From Novakomyces olei (taxonomy: Eukaryota): a DNA stretch of 64,000 nucleotides. The notes under the pieces are model-generated. The model did not search any database. It worked only from the letters and a program-made list of their open reading frames with translations, and was not told where the DNA came from. The position numbers and the translations under genes were made by a program. The stretch is taken from assembly GCA_016906335.1 (NCBI GenBank), contig JADEYG010000001.1, positions 1,364,001-1,428,000 on the forward strand, read 5' to 3'. Position 1 is the stretch's first letter. Each line of letters opens with the position of its first letter. Below, piece after piece: positions 59,071-64,000 of the stretch.

Positions 59071-61860
59071 TCAGTGCTCGACCTTGAAATACCTGTCGAC
59101 AAAAACACATTCAGTGGGCTCTTCGCCCATCAGTGCAACCGCACCGGCCTTGTCGGCCATAGTTAGATCGATTGAGTTCTTTTGTGATGCGACAAACAGA
59201 CGTGGCGCAGAATTTGGAAAGGTACAGACAGCAGGCAAAAGCTTTTTCTGGTTCATATCGAAGGCAGTCAAGTATCGGTTTCCATTGTCCGCCTCATATT
59301 CGGCTAAAGCGATCATGAGACTGGTTCGTGGAAGGTCGTTTGAGCTGGAAAGGCGAAGTCGGCCAACGCCGTAACGTTCGAGTTCGTTGCTAAAAGTATG
59401 CAGTATTCGCTGCTCTGAGTCGAAGAAGGTTGAAGTACCATCTTCTGTCAGCAAACTTAGTTCTGGATGGACTGAACTAGCAGCATCTTGATCCTGCAGT
59501 GCTTGAACGTAAACGTTCCCGTCAATATTAGCAGCCAAGTGTACGCTATTATCGTCTGATACGAGGTTGAAACTGCGATAAGAATCGTTCCGGCCGGAAG
59601 CGCTCTGGTCTGTCTCCGGTTCAGATCTTTTCTGTAGATGAAAAATGTTCTCGTAACTCGGACCGTTCCATTGAAAAATATCTTTACGAAACAATCCAAC
59701 CAGGTCAATAAAGAGTTCGTTTTTCAAACCAACTTTTAGAGATATGCCTAGGGTACGATCTGCTGCTGCTGTAGTAGTCTCCCGTTTGTCTAGAGTTTCG
59801 TGATACACCTCGTCTTTATCCTCACCATCTCTACTGTCAAAGTCGGATTCTATTCCTTCGTCTTCTTCATCGCCGCCATCAATGGATTTGGGTTCGTGTT
59901 CAATGGTTTCGCTCTCTTCGTGTTCAGTGGTTTCGCTCTCTTCGTGTTCAATGGTTTCGCTCTCTTCAGACTCGTTTTGCCCAATGTTACCATAAAAGGC
60001 AAAATTGTCGTAGTTGATCCCTGCAGTGACATATACAGAGGTCCGGTCAACCAACGAAGCTTCTGCCGAGTACTTTCCTTTAAAAATTTCCAGACCGAAG
60101 CCGAGGGATACGTCGAGAAATACGCTGCCGGAAACATCCAGAATACTTCCATGTGCTTCCAAGATAGGTTGCACCTTGGGCTCCCACCCACTAATGTGTT
60201 TTTCACCACTCATTACATCAATCTCGGCAAAAACTTCAGGCCAGTCCATTCTAACCCCAAATTTGACTTGGCCATGAGCATTTGCCTTCAAACTAGCGCC
60301 TACATCAAACGATAGCATTGGTCCAACGATGATAATCCCCGGGATGGAAAACGGACTGAGAGGGATGGATCCAAGTCGCATCTTGAGATCCTTCCTGTAC
60401 CCTCCCTCAAATTGTACGCCAGCTATGGCTTGAGCTGACAGTGATCCCTTCACATTGATATTTCCGCCTTGAATACCTTCGGCAAAGGTAAATTGGAAAG
60501 TAGCATCAGCAGTCGCGGACATTGAGCCTCCGCACTCAACACAGTACAGAGAAATGTTGACATAACGTCTTTCATCATGATACAAACGAATTCCTTTCTG
60601 GTTAAAAGGTGTATCCTGAACCTCGATATAAAGACGCTGTTCAATGTTTTGATTGAAATTTATTTTGGGCGGATATCCACCCTCAATGGCTGCCATTACC
60701 GTATCCACTACCTCGGCGACGACGTGCACTACTTGCTTTATTAGCCATGTCCACCAATATCTTTTCATCAGGTGGGCGTTTTGGCTCTGTACATCCTCAA
60801 TGTTTGGAATAAACGATTGTAGAAATTCAGGCGAATTAACGTCTGTATAGCCATAAGACTCATCGAGTGCTCGATCGTAGTCCCCATTGGCCGCAGGTTT
60901 CTTTGTATTATTTTTGAGATCGTGAAGACTTCCGATATTCCAGCCCCTGGATTGAACGGATATGGTTGTATTTTCACCGACATACTCAACGAAATCGATA
61001 GCTTCGTATTCGGCGTGAATAGCCAAATTGTCCCAGTCTGCAGAAAAAGATGAGATGCGCAGATAATTACGGCCATCGGTCTCTGGAGCTGGACTCGTAT
61101 TGTCTGGTTCAGGAGCGCATTCTCTTTGATTTGTAATAAGGACGATATTGCCGTTGGTTTCATTTGAATTAATATCGCGAGACCAGTCGGTAAAAGCCGC
61201 TCGCATTGCATTTTCACGCTTGAAGACGACTGTCGCTTTGGATCTCTTGCACTCAATACTTTTTACATAAGCACTGTTTTCCAACTGCACGGCGTGATAG
61301 GCTGCCTCTTCGACTGTGAGGTAAACGGAGCCGGGTCCCTCATGACTGGCCTTTGATGCGGCAAAGTAAAAGTCTTGGTTAGGCTGAGAGTGCAGGTGAC
61401 GAATATCATGAGGTGCGATTTTTGGGTCCCGTTTTGGTTTCATTACAATTGGGTCTGGCACCGCGTTTTGACTGTCGGTTTGAGTGTCATTATTCTTGTT
61501 GATTGCCGTTGCGTTTATTCTGTATCCTGTGGAAGGAGAATCGGATTGATCAGTGTTTATCGGCGACTGTACGGAGCTATTACTTTTCGGTTGAGCCATA
61601 TCACTTTCGCCGATATTGCGCAAGGCTTTGCCAGCGTTGCTTTTGTCTAAATCAGTCTGAGAATTTTGGTCGGTCGGTCGAGCTGTTGCATTTGGAGATC
61701 CCGTATTCTCCATGCTTGGCTGTATAGTGTGGTTCCTATACATTCCAGTGCCTCTTGCATCTGTCTTGAGCAAGACATCTTCTGCACCTTGGACATGGGG
61801 CAGGTGCGCCGCTGCTGTAAATCCGACGAGCGAACAGAGTATATACAATGAATGCTTCAT
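59071..61860 (-). CDS. Large secreted beta-rich protein of unknown function, with Kex2-like sites and internal repeats
   Basis: Intronless 929-aa ORF with a signal peptide and many NxS/T sites. LYCVECG...IPLSPFSIPGIIIVGP segment resembles a fungal DUF family; EESET(I/T)EH x3. Confidence 0.75.
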   Translation of the reverse strand: MKHSLYILCSLVGFTAAAHLPHVQGAEDVLLKTDARGTGMYRNHTIQPSMENTGSPNATARPTDQNSQTDLDKSNAGKALRNIGESDMAQPKSNSSVQSPINTDQSDSPSTGYRINATAINKNNDTQTDSQNAVPDPIVMKPKRDPKIAPHDIRHLHSQPNQDFYFAASKASHEGPGSVYLTVEEAAYHAVQLENSAYVKSIECKRSKATVVFKRENAMRAAFTDWSRDINSNETNGNIVLITNQRECAPEPDNTSPAPETDGRNYLRISSFSADWDNLAIHAEYEAIDFVEYVGENTTISVQSRGWNIGSLHDLKNNTKKPAANGDYDRALDESYGYTDVNSPEFLQSFIPNIEDVQSQNAHLMKRYWWTWLIKQVVHVVAEVVDTVMAAIEGGYPPKINFNQNIEQRLYIEVQDTPFNQKGIRLYHDERRYVNISLYCVECGGSMSATADATFQFTFAEGIQGGNINVKGSLSAQAIAGVQFEGGYRKDLKMRLGSIPLSPFSIPGIIIVGPMLSFDVGASLKANAHGQVKFGVRMDWPEVFAEIDVMSGEKHISGWEPKVQPILEAHGSILDVSGSVFLDVSLGFGLEIFKGKYSAEASLVDRTSVYVTAGINYDNFAFYGNIGQNESEESETIEHEESETTEHEESETIEHEPKSIDGGDEEDEGIESDFDSRDGEDKDEVYHETLDKRETTTAAADRTLGISLKVGLKNELFIDLVGLFRKDIFQWNGPSYENIFHLQKRSEPETDQSASGRNDSYRSFNLVSDDNSVHLAANIDGNVYVQALQDQDAASSVHPELSLLTEDGTSTFFDSEQRILHTFSNELERYGVGRLRLSSSNDLPRTSLMIALAEYEADNGNRYLTAFDMNQKKLLPAVCTFPNSAPRLFVASQKNSIDLTMADKAGAVALMGEEPTECVFVDRYFKVEH

Positions 61861-63620
61861 TTCTGGAAGAATGTTTGATAAGCTCAGTTGATTTGCAGTC
61901 CACTCTCTGAGGCGGAGAGATGGGTTTGGCTGATGAGTTTGTTTGGCGGATTGCAGTAGTTTTATAGCAGAGATTTATGGGCTTTGTGTCCATGCACTCG
62001 GTACTCTCGAAACTATAAGTTAGGGGAAATTGGACGAAAACGTGATGCCGATCCAAAGGCATTTCTCGTGTCTCAAGTTCGAAGGTTAAGGCGTTCACAG
62101 TATCGTAAACTAGAGACTAGCAAAGAGACGGATGTGGGGAGTAAACAAGGAGGAGGAAAGAAATAAAGAAAGGGACAATTGTGGTTATTCTTTCTATTCA
62201 TCTTATTAGACCTTTAATGCCCTGAATAGGCTATAGTCATTTGCCGAAACGTATACTTGAGTCAGAATTTTTACAAACATAATTTTTGTGTAGAGTGCTG
62301 GTTTTACTCAGTTTGAATATTAATATCGCATTGGAAATCTGTCAGAGAGCTGTCATCTTTAGTGTCCCGAATTTTGGCGACCCTTTACCCCTTTAGGTAT
62401 GACGGTATCCAAAAGCGGTATCCGAATGACCCCGCGAAATCCGGAACGCTGTTTCGCCCGAAAAGGAAATGGCCACATTACTGGGATTTTCGCAAGGGTT
62501 TTCTGAAAACTGCGAGCAGTTTCTCCCATATTTCCCCACATTTTACCTGCCCCTTCCCCACCATGATGAAATGCCCTTACGTCTTTATGCAGTCAATATA
62601 CGGGAAAGCGCTACTGAAAGTTGCATATATGGCAGCAAACAAGTCGCTATATTCTATCTTTTGAAGATCCAGGATTCGAGAATTACAAAACCTTTTGGAC
62701 ATAGAGACAGGCAGGTAGTTGTCGAATGTAGTAAACCTTGCTTTGGCATTTGGCATCGTTTATCTCGCCACTCGGAAATTTGCAGGGTTGATGCTGATTG
62801 AGCCGGACGGCGTTGATCTCGTCTGACATGGGTGGAATCCGTTCTGTAAAAAGGTCGAAGATGAGCAAATAGCCGATGAGTAAGATTGATAATTCAAACA
62901 ATTCTTTGATGTGAATTTGCCTGTGGTTTCGTTGTATAGCAAGAGCCAAATATCAGATCAGATATCAGACGCTATCGCTTCAACTTCCGCTAAATATTGC
63001 TTAATTAAGCTTTAAAGGTAAAATTTCGTGGTTACCGTTATTATGGTTAGAATAGTAAATTTTAAAGGGTTATCATAAACGCATTATAAGGTTGAACTCG
63101 CTTAAATTCGCTTAATTAAGCTATGCTATCATAAACAGATTCGGTTATGAAAAAGCGCGAAATACTTTAATGGAATGCGACGTTCTGTTTGTTGGCAGTT
63201 TTCGATGGCGGCATTGCACCAGTCAAAAAATTAGTAGAACTAGTCAGGCTAAGAGAATACAATTTTAGAGGCCTAAAAATGGAATGGCTAATCTTCATGG
63301 TTTCAATTGTGATCATAAATTTATGTTAAAAGCAAGGAAACACAAATACGATTGTGGCTAACAATCAGGGGTTTATATTGATGCTCAAGTCTAAAGTGCC
63401 TCACCTTCCTAATATCGGCAAGTAGAAAAATATAAACCCAAAGCCATTTCAAAGATGCTTTATTTGAAAGATCACAAAGGCGATTAAAGCAAAACTAGAA
63501 TACAGAATTTCGCATTGATATTTCTCGGAACGAATAAATGTTGATTTAACCAATAATTGAAATCGTGTACATTGAAGATTATATATGTTGTTTCATCAGA
63601 ACAGAAATCGCGTACAGCTA

Positions 63621-63755
63621 AAAATGAAAATAAAAATAAAAATAAAAATAAAAATAAAAATAAAAATAAAAATAAAAATAAAAATAAAAATAAAAATAAA
63701 AATAAAAATAAAAATAAAAACAAAAACAAAAACAAAAACAAAAATAACAATAAAA
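63621..63755. repeat. (AAAATA)n grading into (AAAACA)n
   Basis: Hexanucleotide run visible directly. Confidence 0.95.
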
Positions 63756-64000
63756 ATAAATCAAATAAATCCTAAAGTCCTAAAATGCCTAAAAGCTGAT
63801 GCTTCCGAGAAAGAATCTAAAGGAAGAATTAAATCAGGCTAACCCTAACCCTAGAAATCAAACTTTTGCTTGGGCTTGCACGACGCCACTAAATTGAAAG
63901 TAGTCGTCGGTAAAGACACACTCCTCTGGTTTTTGGCCCATGAGCCCAATGTACCGTTCGCCGTTAGCGGCAATGTCATCGAATGCAGTTTCATTGGCTG

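Noticed and set aside
62359..62949. Short ORFs in the final intergenic region
   Set aside because: Overlapping in several frames, with no motifs or consistent splice structure.
63839..63853. CTAACCCTAACCCTA as a telomere
   Set aside because: Only about two units, with unique sequence on both sides; better explained as a promoter box.

Overview
Compact, intron-containing fungal (ascomycete-like) nuclear DNA in the standard genetic code, not a prokaryote. About 25 protein genes can be built by hand-splicing: SEN1, HOT/ADHFE1, a cyclin L-like cyclin, a Dabb protein, UTP5, SNU114, an NRAMP transporter, a branched-chain aminotransferase, sphingolipid C9-methyltransferase, two tandem MFS transporters, PEX10, COX19, HEL2, PAN1, LSM5, mitochondrial TrpRS, RPS3, a complex I accessory subunit, a TRP-like channel, a PTS1-bearing cytochrome c peroxidase, MCM10, two secreted proteins and one hypothetical. 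The RPS3 intron hosts a box C/D snoRNA of the snR48/SNORD60 type. Non-coding signals worth following up: (i) a recurrent intergenic palindrome (C/G)ACGGGGCCCGT(G/C); (ii) a ~230 nt multi-helix structured element plus an AACCCT cluster in a tail-to-tail spacer; (iii) 36-46 nt micro-introns, with 6 of ~41 inferred introns using GAG or AAG acceptors and one GC-AG intron; (iv) pervasive tandem-repeat expansion, including inside SNU114 and SEN1, and long (TTA)n tracts in promoters. I found no transposase, CRISPR array, rRNA or tRNA. I cannot claim a proven new system; exon boundaries and family calls come from reading the sequence and remembered family motifs, not from searches.
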